Shown here: positions 55,744 through 64,000 of the stretch, one piece after another | Position numbering within the stretch: position 1 is the first letter of the stretch | Layout: each line of letters opens with the position of its first letter | Notes under the pieces: model-generated | Databases searched by the model: none | Told to the model about the DNA's origin: nothing | The model's input: the letters and a program-made list of their open reading frames with translations, nothing else | Position numbers and translations under genes: made by a program | Source of the DNA: Sphingobacteriales bacterium | Lineage (GTDB): Bacteria; Bacteroidota; Bacteroidia; UKL13-3 | Assembly (NCBI GenBank): GCA_021298155.1 | Contig: JAJTEN010000005.1 | Span: 9,899-73,898, forward strand | Reading direction: 5' to 3' | Length of the DNA stretch: 64,000 bases

Positions 55744-57463
55744 CCTCGCAATTTGGAATATAAATAACGTGGTCTGCCATATTTTTCAGGTGGGTATCCC
55801 CCTCAGTGGCAATTGCAATTACCCTGCCTTTTCTAGCTTTTACTTCCTGAATATTACTTACTACCTTTTCGTAATTACTATGTTGGGTAGCAATAACAAT
55901 AACGGGCATTTCTTCGTCAATTAAGGCAATCGGACCGTGTTTCATTTCTGCTGCAGGGTAACCTTCTGCATGTATGTAGGAAATTTCTTTAAGTTTTAAA
56001 GCGCCTTCTAATGCAACAGGAAATCCATAACCTCTACCCAAATACAACGCATTTCTAGAGTCTTTTAATTCTGCCGCTATTTCTTGAATTTGTGCATCAG
56101 TTTTTAATACTTGTTCAATTTTTGCTGGTATCGATTCAATTTCATTTAAAAATTCACGTAAGCGAGTGCTGGTAATTGTTCCTTTTTTCTGAGCCATTGA
56201 TAAGGCCATTAAAATGAGCGCTGTTACTTGTGCTGTAAAGGCTTTAGTTGAAGCAACTCCAATTTCTGGTCCTGCATGTGTATAGGCTCCAGCGTCTGTA
56301 TATCTTGGGATACTTGCGCCTACCACATTGCAAATACCAAATATCGTAGCGCCTTTTTTCTTTGCTAATTCTAGCGCTGCTAAAGTGTCGGCAGTTTCTC
56401 CCGATTGTGAAATAGCGATAACAAAATCACTTTCTTTTACTACGGGGTTTCTATATCTAAATTCTGAGGCATATTCTACTTCGCAAGGAATTCGCGCAAT
56501 GTCTTCAAATAAATATTCACCAACTAAACCAGCGTGCCATGAAGTACCACAACCAAGTATTACAATTCTGTCTAGATTTTTAATTTTATCCTCAAACATA
56601 TCTATACCTGCCATGGTTATCCTGGCATCTGGTAGGTGAATTCTTCCTCTGAAAGAATCCAAAATACTTTTAGGTTGTTCAAAAATTTCCTTTAACATGA
56701 AATGCTCATAACCTCCCTTTTCAATATTCTCAAGATTAAATTCAATTTCTTGTATGTAAGGTGTTTTGAGTGTATTGTCAATTGTTTTTATACTTAGGGT
56801 AGTTCCTTCAATAATGGCAATTTCACCATCTTGAATGTAAACCACATTTCGTGTATATTCTACAATTGGTGTAGCATCGCTGGCAATAAAGTGTTCATTT
56901 TCGCCAATTCCAATAACCATTGGACTTCCTTTTTTTGCTCCAATTAAGTAATCAGGATTATTTTTTGATAGAATGACAATAGCATATGCGCCCACTACTT
57001 GGGTTAATGCCATGCGCACAGCTTCTTCAAATTTTACAGGATTATTCTTATATACCTCTTCAATTAAGTGAATAAGTACTTCTGTATCTGTTTCACTCTT
57101 AAAAGTATGACCCCTGCCTTTTAGCATTTCTTTTAAGGAAGAATAATTTTCAATAATTCCATTATGAATCATAGCAAATTCTCCATCTCCAGATAAATGT
57201 GGGTGTGCGTTGGCATCATTGGGTTCTCCGTGTGTTGCCCAGCGCGTATGTCCCATACCAGTAAAACCTGATCTATCTCTATCGCCAATTTCTTTTTCTA
57301 GGTCAGAAACTTTTCCAGTCTTTTTATAGACCTTCATGTTTTTATTACTATCTATCAATGCAACGCCTGCACTATCATACCCACGATATTCTAAACGTTT
57401 TAAACCTTTTAAGATAATCGGACACGCATCTCTGTGGCCGATGTAAGCTACTATTCCACACAT
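55721..57463 (-). CDS. glmS: Glutamine--fructose-6-phosphate aminotransferase, 3-prime truncated (possible pseudogene or assembly artefact)
   Basis: MCGIVAYIG... N-terminal nucleophile Cys, a full glutaminase domain and two SIS domains up to ...ADHVIYIPNCEE. The universal last ~39 aa (...PLQLLAYH...[13 protein letters not shown]) are replaced by KKGCAK-stop. Confidence 0.85.
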   Translation of the reverse strand: MCGIVAYIGHRDACPIILKGLKRLEYRGYDSAGVALIDSNKNMKVYKKTGKVSDLEKEIGDRDRSGFTGMGHTRWATHGEPNDANAHPHLSGDGEFAMIHNGIIENYSSLKEMLKGRGHTFKSETDTEVLIHLIEEVYKNNPVKFEEAVRMALTQVVGAYAIVILSKNNPDYLIGAKKGSPMVIGIGENEHFIASDATPIVEYTRNVVYIQDGEIAIIEGTTLSIKTIDNTLKTPYIQEIEFNLENIEKGGYEHFMLKEIFEQPKSILDSFRGRIHLPDARITMAGIDMFEDKIKNLDRIVILGCGTSWHAGLVGEYLFEDIARIPCEVEYASEFRYRNPVVKESDFVIAISQSGETADTLAALELAKKKGATIFGICNVVGASIPRYTDAGAYTHAGPEIGVASTKAFTAQVTALILMALSMAQKKGTITSTRLREFLNEIESIPAKIEQVLKTDAQIQEIAAELKDSRNALYLGRGYGFPVALEGALKLKEISYIHAEGYPAAEMKHGPIALIDEEMPVIVIATQHSNYEKVVSNIQEVKARKGRVIAIATEGDTHLKNMADHVIYIPNCEEKKGCAK

Positions 57464-57494
57464 AATGAACGAAAATAAATATTTTTATTGAAAA

Positions 57495-58514
57495 TTACAC
57501 CACCAATGAGTAAGTGGCGTCTATTGGTTTTTGAATGGCGGGTTTGATTAATTCAAGTTCAGCCAATAATTGCTCGAAGGCATCAAAGCTGAGTGCTTGA
57601 TTTGCATCTGAAAGCGCGGCTTTTGGATTAGGATGAATTTCTACCATCAACCCATTTGCTCCTGCAACCATACTTGCTTTTGCTAATGCATTAACAAAAC
57701 GGGCATCTCCGGTACCATGACTTGGATCAGCAATGATTGGGAGGTGACTAAGAGATTGAATAAGCGGAATAACTCCAATATCCATTACATTCCGGCTTAA
57801 TGGGTCGAAACTTCTGATACCTCGCTCGCACAGGATAAGTTTTTCGTTTCCTCCACTTAAAATATAATCTGCTGCCAATAAAAATTCTGAAACAGTGGCT
57901 TGCATCCCTCGTTTTAACAATATTGGTGTATGTATTTTACCTAATTCGCCCAAGAGGTAAAAATTAGCCATGTTTCTACTGCCAATTTGTATAATATCTG
58001 AATAGGTGGCAACTTCATCTAATAAACTTAAGTCCATTAATTCTGTAACCACATTTAATTGATAGGTTTTGGCGGCCTCGTGAATTAATTTTAATCCTTC
58101 CTTCCCCAATCCCCTGAATGAATATGGCGATGTTCTGGGTTTATATGCACCTCCACGAATAAATTTGATATTATTTTTGGCTAAAAATGCAGCTGTTTCA
58201 AAAATTTGTTTTTCGTTTTCTACACTGCAAGGTCCAGCAATAATATTCGCAAAGTTTGTTCCTATTTGAACGCCATTTACTTGGAAATTTGTTTCTTGCT
58301 TGAATTCGCGTGAAGAAAGTTGGAAAGCGTGGGGGATAACTTGGGTATGTGAAATGAAAGAAAAATGTGATAATAATTCTTGATCAACAAGTTTAGGTAC
58401 AATACATATTCTTTGTCCCGGAACTAATTGCGAATCAAATCCAGATTGCTTCAGGTGCAATTGCATTTCTGCCATTTGCGCATGGGTAGCTGTATGTTTA
58501 AAAAATACAATCAC
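57495..58514 (-). CDS. 3-deoxy-7-phosphoheptulonate (DAHP) synthase, type I-beta with N-terminal regulatory domain
   Basis: 339 aa. A ~75-aa ferredoxin-like N-domain, then a KDO8P/DAHPS-Ibeta core (GPCSVE, RGGAYKPRTSPYSFRGLG, ...PIIADPSHG...). Confidence 0.9.
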   Translation of the reverse strand: MIVFFKHTATHAQMAEMQLHLKQSGFDSQLVPGQRICIVPKLVDQELLSHFSFISHTQVIPHAFQLSSREFKQETNFQVNGVQIGTNFANIIAGPCSVENEKQIFETAAFLAKNNIKFIRGGAYKPRTSPYSFRGLGKEGLKLIHEAAKTYQLNVVTELMDLSLLDEVATYSDIIQIGSRNMANFYLLGELGKIHTPILLKRGMQATVSEFLLAADYILSGGNEKLILCERGIRSFDPLSRNVMDIGVIPLIQSLSHLPIIADPSHGTGDARFVNALAKASMVAGANGLMVEIHPNPKAALSDANQALSFDAFEQLLAELELIKPAIQKPIDATYSLVV

Positions 58515-58519
58515 GCTTT

Positions 58520-59887
58520 TTAATTTATAACCGTGTAAGTTAATTTTAGTTTGAAAGTGCCGTTATTTCTGCGTGTGTCAAAAATAATTCTTTGCGCAGA
58601 AACAGGGTCATCTGCTCTTATGATTAGGTTCATGCCATAATCTTTAAAGCCATTTTGTGCTTTACTTTCATTGAGTATGTTTTGAAGGTGGCGTACAATA
58701 TTAAATTTATACCTATTGTTTACCAGCGTACCTCCATAATATAATCCTGATTCAGAAAATTGATCTTTTAAAAAGATATTTCTACCAGCAGAATCTGATC
58801 CAACCAAAGAAATACTTGAAGGCAAAGTATAGGTATCATTAAAGCTACCAGCAAGAGGCGTAAACAAAATTTCTGCCCCATTCAATGCAATTTTCGGATC
58901 ATTTAGCACATCGGCTAGATTGGGTATTTCAATTCTAAGTTTGGTGCTGTTGAGAGACTGAACATACCCTTTATCACGATGTGTACCACTAAATGGCATT
59001 TGAATCATTCCAATTGGTCTATCTGTTTGGTAATAGTAATTATATGCGGCATCACTTCCTCTTATGCCACCTATGATTGGAAATGCTGCGGCTAGCGAAT
59101 CTTTATAATAGGCATTAAGGGAAGTATAATCAGAAGTTAACCTCAGGTATACAATGGCGCCTTCTCCTGCTGCAGTTGCAGATTCATCAACAATTACCAA
59201 ACCTTTAAATGTTTCTTTAAATTTAGAATTAGTAGAAAAAAGCCCTTTACTTTCTCCTTCAAACAACAAATTTTTGAAGGTATTGTTCATCGGGATTCTG
59301 ATGTGTGGTGGAAATTTAATTTTTTGCGATCCCAAGCTTATCGGAACGGAATCCGTAAAATTTATTTTCCCATTAAATGAGCCCATTTCAATGCCATCTG
59401 TTTTGTATTTTCTGTTGGCATAATAAACAGAGTCTGTTCTAATATCTTCGGTCAATAGATACACTTTGAATAGATGAACTGCATCCTTATTTCCATAATA
59501 ATCTGGTAAGGTGGTTCCATCAATTTGCTTGGTATTTCTAAAACGTAGCTGCAATACAACAGAATCAAGTTTTGTGGCACCGCCCCAAGAAAATTCGTTT
59601 CCGGGTAATGAAAATTGAGTAATAACTGCGGCATTATTTACGCCAAATTCAGGATCATTTATTCTGCCAAGTGCCATAGCTGTGAGCTTTGAACTTGCTA
59701 AAGAATCCATCTTTACAGTATACGCACGCAATTCAATGCTGGTATCTAATAGTGTATTAAACTTATTACGAATACCCACAAAATCAGCGCCTACCGAGCC
59801 GGCATCTTTTTTACATGAACCCAATAAAAGGATGGCTCCAATAAAAAAAAGGAGGGGCTTAATTTTGACCTTGCAATAAAGTATCAT
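58520..59887 (-). CDS. Lipoprotein of unknown function (DUF4270-like)
   Basis: Lipobox ILLLGSC. About 455 aa, beta-rich. Its position after the glycogen-synthase-like gene is conserved in Bacteroidota as far as I recall. Start set at the ATG at 59887 (29-nt overlap). Confidence 0.65.
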   Translation of the reverse strand: MILYCKVKIKPLLFFIGAILLLGSCKKDAGSVGADFVGIRNKFNTLLDTSIELRAYTVKMDSLASSKLTAMALGRINDPEFGVNNAAVITQFSLPGNEFSWGGATKLDSVVLQLRFRNTKQIDGTTLPDYYGNKDAVHLFKVYLLTEDIRTDSVYYANRKYKTDGIEMGSFNGKINFTDSVPISLGSQKIKFPPHIRIPMNNTFKNLLFEGESKGLFSTNSKFKETFKGLVIVDESATAAGEGAIVYLRLTSDYTSLNAYYKDSLAAAFPIIGGIRGSDAAYNYYYQTDRPIGMIQMPFSGTHRDKGYVQSLNSTKLRIEIPNLADVLNDPKIALNGAEILFTPLAGSFNDTYTLPSSISLVGSDSAGRNIFLKDQFSESGLYYGGTLVNNRYKFNIVRHLQNILNESKAQNGFKDYGMNLIIRADDPVSAQRIIFDTRRNNGTFKLKLTYTVIN

Positions 59888-60683
59888 ACAAATCAATATA
59901 GGCGTCAACGTTATCTCCATTTTCTGAATGTTCAATCACTGGTTTGCCTTTTTGCTTTTTGATGAACTTAGTTACTTCTGGATGAATTTCACTGCTTGCT
60001 TTCACTAAGGCATCTGCATGGGTAATGCCCGACATATATAAATCAGAGCATGTGGCATTAGCTAGTGCTGAAATTTGCTTGTTATCAATGGCGTTTAGAC
60101 TGGCTTTTCTGCCAAATTCTTTACCCATGTTTTCCTCAAATTGATTTTCGAATACGGAATAAACCACCTTAGCTAATCTGAAAACTGGTTCGTCTTTATA
60201 AATGGTTTTGAGATAAAGTGGAATAAGGCTTGTCATCCAACCTTGGCAATGAATGATGTCTGGTTGCCATCCAAGTTTTTTTACCGTTTCAATTGCACCT
60301 TTACAGAAGAAAATGGTTCGCTCATCATTGTCGCCATAAAAAGCATTATTTTCATCTGTGTACACAAACTTTCTGTGGAAATAATCCTCATTATCAAGGA
60401 AGTATACTTGCATTTTAGCCTCAGGTAAGGACGCCACTTTGATAGTTAACGGATTGTCATTATCGTCTATGGTAATGTTGATACCACTTAACCTTACTAC
60501 TTCATGTAATCTGTTGCGTCGCTCATTAATACATCCAAATCTTGGCATTAACACCCTGATTTCATTGTCTTTTTCTTGGATAGCTTGGGGCAACATTCTT
60601 GCCAACTCACCTACACTACTTACTTTTAGGAAAGGAGTCATTTCTGATGAAATGAACAGAACTCTCTTTTTTGTCATACTCAC
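59859..60683 (-). CDS. Short glycogen/starch synthase-like protein (GT5 N-terminal half only)
   Basis: 274 aa. VLFISSEMTPFLKVSSVGELARMLPQAIQE and PDIIHCQGWMTSLIPLYLK match the N-terminal Rossmann half of GlgA. No C-terminal half is present. Confidence 0.78.
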   Translation of the reverse strand: MSMTKKRVLFISSEMTPFLKVSSVGELARMLPQAIQEKDNEIRVLMPRFGCINERRNRLHEVVRLSGINITIDDNDNPLTIKVASLPEAKMQVYFLDNEDYFHRKFVYTDENNAFYGDNDERTIFFCKGAIETVKKLGWQPDIIHCQGWMTSLIPLYLKTIYKDEPVFRLAKVVYSVFENQFEENMGKEFGRKASLNAIDNKQISALANATCSDLYMSGITHADALVKASSEIHPEVTKFIKKQKGKPVIEHSENGDNVDAYIDLYDTLLQGQN

Positions 60684-60791
60684 TTGGGTTAAAAAAAGTA
60701 TGCAAAGTTAGGGAAATTGTTAATATTTTTCTTAATATTCGCCCCAAATCCTGATGCATACTAGTTATAGCGTTGAAAACCAAACAATAAA

Positions 60792-61634
60792 GTGATTCTG
60801 ATAAAAAAATCTGGCGATTTATTATCGCATATTTCCAAATTGAGAGCAGCAAATCTTAGCATTGGTTTTGTTCCAACCATGGGTGCCTTGCATTATGGGC
60901 ACCTTTCTTTGATTGAGGCAGCAAAAAAAAAGTGTGATATTGTGGTGTGTAGTATTTTCGTAAATCCTACTCAATTCAATCAGGAAAGTGATTTAAATGC
61001 GTATCCGCGCACCTTGGAAAATGACATTCAATTATTGCTTTCTTGTTCTTGTGATATTTTGTTTCATCCAGAGGTGTCAGAGATGTATGGTGAATCAATG
61101 GAAAAGGAGTCTACTGAGGATTATGGAAATTTTATACATGTATTAGAGGGTGCTAGTAGGCCAGGGCATTTTGATGGAGTAGTTACTGTATTAAGGAAAT
61201 TATTTTTATTGGTCTTGCCTCATCAAGTTTTTTTCGGGCAAAAAGATTACCAGCAATGTTTAGTTGTTCAAACGCTCATTCATAGAAGTTTTCCAGAAAT
61301 TATTTTTCATCTTTGTCCGATTGCCCGGGAGATGGATGGATTAGCCATGAGCAGTAGAAACGTAAGATTAACTGAAGCTGAGCGGGCCCTTGCACCCAAA
61401 ATTTTTGAAAACTTAAGCTTGGTTGCAAATAACTGGAAAAAGGATTATTGGCAATCTGTATTGAGCCAAGCCAGTATAAATTTGCAGCAGGAACCATTTG
61501 TTTTTGAATACTTAAGTGCCTGCGATCCGAAGAGTCTGAGAGAACTAGATACCTTTCAAGAAAATGCCATTATTTTGGTAGCGGTTCGTTTAGGGTCAAC
61601 CCGTTTGATCGATAATTTAATCATACAAGCATAA
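60792..61634 (+). CDS. panC: Pantoate--beta-alanine ligase
   Basis: 280 aa. GFVPTMGALHYGHLSLI (HxGH), FVNPTQF, FGQKDYQQ, MSSRN. GTG start. Confidence 0.95.
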   Translation: MILIKKSGDLLSHISKLRAANLSIGFVPTMGALHYGHLSLIEAAKKKCDIVVCSIFVNPTQFNQESDLNAYPRTLENDIQLLLSCSCDILFHPEVSEMYGESMEKESTEDYGNFIHVLEGASRPGHFDGVVTVLRKLFLLVLPHQVFFGQKDYQQCLVVQTLIHRSFPEIIFHLCPIAREMDGLAMSSRNVRLTEAERALAPKIFENLSLVANNWKKDYWQSVLSQASINLQQEPFVFEYLSACDPKSLRELDTFQENAIILVAVRLGSTRLIDNLIIQA

Positions 61635-61712
61635 CAGGCAAGCTCTTGTGAATATAAATTTTATTACTATTTTTGACATATCTCCTAAACTAATTAAATA
61701 GCCAATAGGCAA

Positions 61713-63089
61713 ATGCACGCACAAGAGAGATTTACAAAGGCAACTAAAGACACAATAGCCGATAAGGAATATCGCCAAAAAATGGGCCTTGTGCTTGATA
61801 ATTTAGCGAGTAATCAGCAAAAAGGCACAATGGTGTTTTCTAATTTGGCGCTTGCTAAGCAGCGTGCTGCATATACCAAATGGAAGGTTGCAGAGAATTT
61901 AGACAAATATTTATTGGATTTTGAAGGTTCTGTAATAAGAAAGGGAGGAAAGGTTATTTGGGCAAATGATGCACAAAATGCCTTGACGGAAATTGACGCC
62001 ATTATCAAGAGAACACAAGCCACAAAAATTGTTAAAAGCAGGTCAGAGCTGAGTCATGAAATTGGTTTGGTTCAGCATTTGAGAAAAATGAGTGTAAAAG
62101 TGGCTGAAACAGGTTTTGGCGACTATTTAATTGATTTAATGGGTGAAAAGCCATTTCATAGTGTTCTTCCGGCTCTAAATCAAAGCGCAACTGCTGTTGG
62201 TGCTATTTTGAATAAAAAAATAAAATCTTCATTGGATGCCAATCAAGAGGAAATAGCTAGTGATATTCGTGCTGAAATTAGAAATAGCTTTTTTGAGGCT
62301 GACATTGGCATTACTGGAGCTAATTTTTTGATTGCGGATAGTGGCATGGTAGCAATAACCGAGAATGAGGGCAATGAACGTTTGAGTTTTGCCTTTGCCA
62401 AAACGCATATTATTCTTGCCTCAATTGATAAAGTATTGCCTTCTATTTCAGATTTGGAGTTATTTTTTAGTCTTTTTTCTACCCATGCTTTGGGTCAGCA
62501 ATTAGCTACCTATAATACAGTTACTGGTCCTAGTTTAAAAGATGAGAAGGAAGGGCCAAGTGAATTTATAGTAATATTAATTGATAATGGTAGGTCGAAC
62601 CTATTAGCCACCCAAGATCAACGACAGGCTTTAAGTTGCATTAAATGTGGTGCTTGTAGCAATGTTTGTCCGGTTTTTAAAATTGTTGGTGGCCATGCAA
62701 ATTATCAAAGCTATGGTTCTGGTCCGATTGGGCAAATTGTTGCTCCCTTGCAACAAGGGTTTCAAGAGTTTCAATATTTAGGAAACTTATCTACTATTTG
62801 TGGCAAATGCACTGATGTTTGTCCGGTTAATATTGATTTACACAACCATTTACTGCGCAATAGGCATGAAAATTTGGTTCAAGGATTTGAAAAGACAGGT
62901 GAGAAACTGGCTTGGTATACTTGGAAGAAATTTATGTTGAGTAGAAAAACAATGAATAGGCCTGCTTCGATCAAAAATTTCACATTCAGGCAGTTCTATA
63001 AAAACGATTGGGGTGAGTCTCGTGAGTTTCCTAAAATTGCTGAAAAATCTTTCAATCAACTTTGGAGAGAAAAAAACGGATTAAAATAA
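61713..63089 (+). CDS. LutB/LldF-like iron-sulfur protein (LUD domain plus two 4Fe-4S motifs)
   Basis: 458 aa. CIKCGACSNVCP and CGKCTDVCP ferredoxin-type clusters after a LUD-type domain (GITGANFLIADSGMVAITENEGN). Confidence 0.82.
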   Translation: MHAQERFTKATKDTIADKEYRQKMGLVLDNLASNQQKGTMVFSNLALAKQRAAYTKWKVAENLDKYLLDFEGSVIRKGGKVIWANDAQNALTEIDAIIKRTQATKIVKSRSELSHEIGLVQHLRKMSVKVAETGFGDYLIDLMGEKPFHSVLPALNQSATAVGAILNKKIKSSLDANQEEIASDIRAEIRNSFFEADIGITGANFLIADSGMVAITENEGNERLSFAFAKTHIILASIDKVLPSISDLELFFSLFSTHALGQQLATYNTVTGPSLKDEKEGPSEFIVILIDNGRSNLLATQDQRQALSCIKCGACSNVCPVFKIVGGHANYQSYGSGPIGQIVAPLQQGFQEFQYLGNLSTICGKCTDVCPVNIDLHNHLLRNRHENLVQGFEKTGEKLAWYTWKKFMLSRKTMNRPASIKNFTFRQFYKNDWGESREFPKIAEKSFNQLWREKNGLK

Positions 63090-63094
63090 GCTAT

Positions 63095-64000
63095 TTATAA
63101 AAAGCTCTCAATGATTTTTTCTGCACTGATCCCTTCAGCTTCAGCTTTAAAATTCTTAATTAATCTGTGGCGTAACACATTCATGGCAACTGCCTTTACA
63201 TCCTCAATATCTGGCGAAAATTTCCCTTTCACTAGCGCGTGACACTTAGCGCCGAGTAACAGAAACTGGCCCGCTCTTGGACCTGCACCAAATTCTAAAT
63301 ATTCATTTGCCATGGCACCAGCTAAAGGTGTATTTGGTCGCGTTTTGCACACTAATTGAACGGCATATGCTAATACATTTTCTGCCACGGGCACACGCCT
63401 TACTAATTGTTGAAAATATAGGATTTCTTGGGCGTGTAAAATTTTATTGAGTTGTGGGATAGTATTTCCGGTTGTACTTTTTACAATTTCTAGTTCTTCT
63501 TCAAAAGTTGGGTAGTCTAAATTAATGTTGAACATAAATCTATCCAATTGTGCTTCTGGCAAAGGATAAGTTCCTTCTTGTTCAATTGGATTTTGGGTTG
63601 CTAAAACAAAAAATGGCGCCTCCAACTGGTGTAATTTTCCGCCTGTTGTAATTGATTTTTCTTGCATGGCTTCCAACAAGGCTGCCTGTGTTTTTGGAGG
63701 TGTTCTATTTATCTCATCTGCTAAAATGATATTTGCAAATATTGGCCCTCTGATAAATTTAAAATTCCTTTGTTCATCTAAAATTTCAGAACCAGTAATA
63801 TCACTTGGCATTAAATCTGGAGTAAATTGAATTCTGCTAAAGTTTAAGTCAAGCACTTCAGATATTGATTTGATTAAGAGTGTTTTGGCAAGGCCTGGCA
63901 ATCCAATTAACAGGGAGTGTCCGTTCGAAAATATAGAAATAAGGACCGCCTCAACTACATCTTCTTGACCAACTATTGCTTTTCTAATTTCGTTTTTAAG
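63095..64000 (-). CDS. MoxR-family AAA+ ATPase (N-terminus beyond the right edge)
   Basis: The frame stays open to position 64000: ...IVGQEDVVEAVLISIFSNGHSLLIGLPGLAKT (Walker A), ILADEINR (Walker B), ATQNPIEQEGTYPLPEAQLDRF. The ORF-track M at 63901 is really an internal Leu (TTG). Confidence 0.9.
   Translation of the reverse strand, partial: LKNEIRKAIVGQEDVVEAVLISIFSNGHSLLIGLPGLAKTLLIKSISEVLDLNFSRIQFTPDLMPSDITGSEILDEQRNFKFIRGPIFANIILADEINRTPPKTQAALLEAMQEKSITTGGKLHQLEAPFFVLATQNPIEQEGTYPLPEAQLDRFMFNINLDYPTFEEELEIVKSTTGNTIPQLNKILHAQEILYFQQLVRRVPVAENVLAYAVQLVCKTRPNTPLAGAMANEYLEFGAGPRAGQFLLLGAKCHALVKGKFSPDIEDVKAVAMNVLRHRLIKNFKAEAEGISAEKIIESFL

Overview
This is an AT-rich, gene-dense chromosomal segment with about 60 CDS and very short intergenic gaps. 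I assign it to Bacteroidota. The grounds are three proteins ending in T9SS type-A sorting-domain-like tails, Bacteroidota-typical conserved unknowns (family names recalled from memory, not searched), TAnnTTTG-like -7 boxes, and the rplM-rpsI-rpsB-tsf-pyrH and panC / glycogen-synthase-like / lipoprotein / glmS neighbourhoods.

Most of the window is core housekeeping:
- ribosomal proteins, tsf and pyrH
- ispH, dut, rpoN, hflX, uvrA
- panD and panC
- DAHP synthase, glmS and an acyl-CoA dehydrogenase
- menaquinone genes: menF, a menI-like thioesterase and a menE-like ligase

I saw no rRNA, tRNA, CRISPR array, transposase, integrase or prophage signature.

The regions most worth a second look are:
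1. 29979-34655: a three-gene operon of a membrane GT2, a SAM methyltransferase, and a 974-aa GT2-like/GT-C/TPR fusion. It looks like an uncharacterised TMTC/PMT-style periplasmic glycosylation module.
2. 48638-55140: a histidine kinase, a single-domain response regulator and a hybrid kinase packed directly onto menI-menF-methyltransferase.
3. About 55740: glmS lacks its last ~39 codons and ends inside a terminator hairpin, next to an orphan ORF. This is a rearrangement scar or an assembly problem.
4. 28609-28638: a perfect 30-bp palindrome gives two convergent genes the identical C-terminus NEDEL-stop. One of those genes is a catalytically degenerate Fic-like protein with an HTH.
5. 42110-45958: a PspC / kinase / regulator envelope module.
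6. Three T9SS cargo proteins carrying eukaryote-like or unusual domains: Kazal-like, Reeler-like and a large endonuclease I.

All functional calls come from reading the translated ORFs against motifs I know. No database search was possible, and start codons are often uncertain because Bacteroidota lack strong RBS signals.
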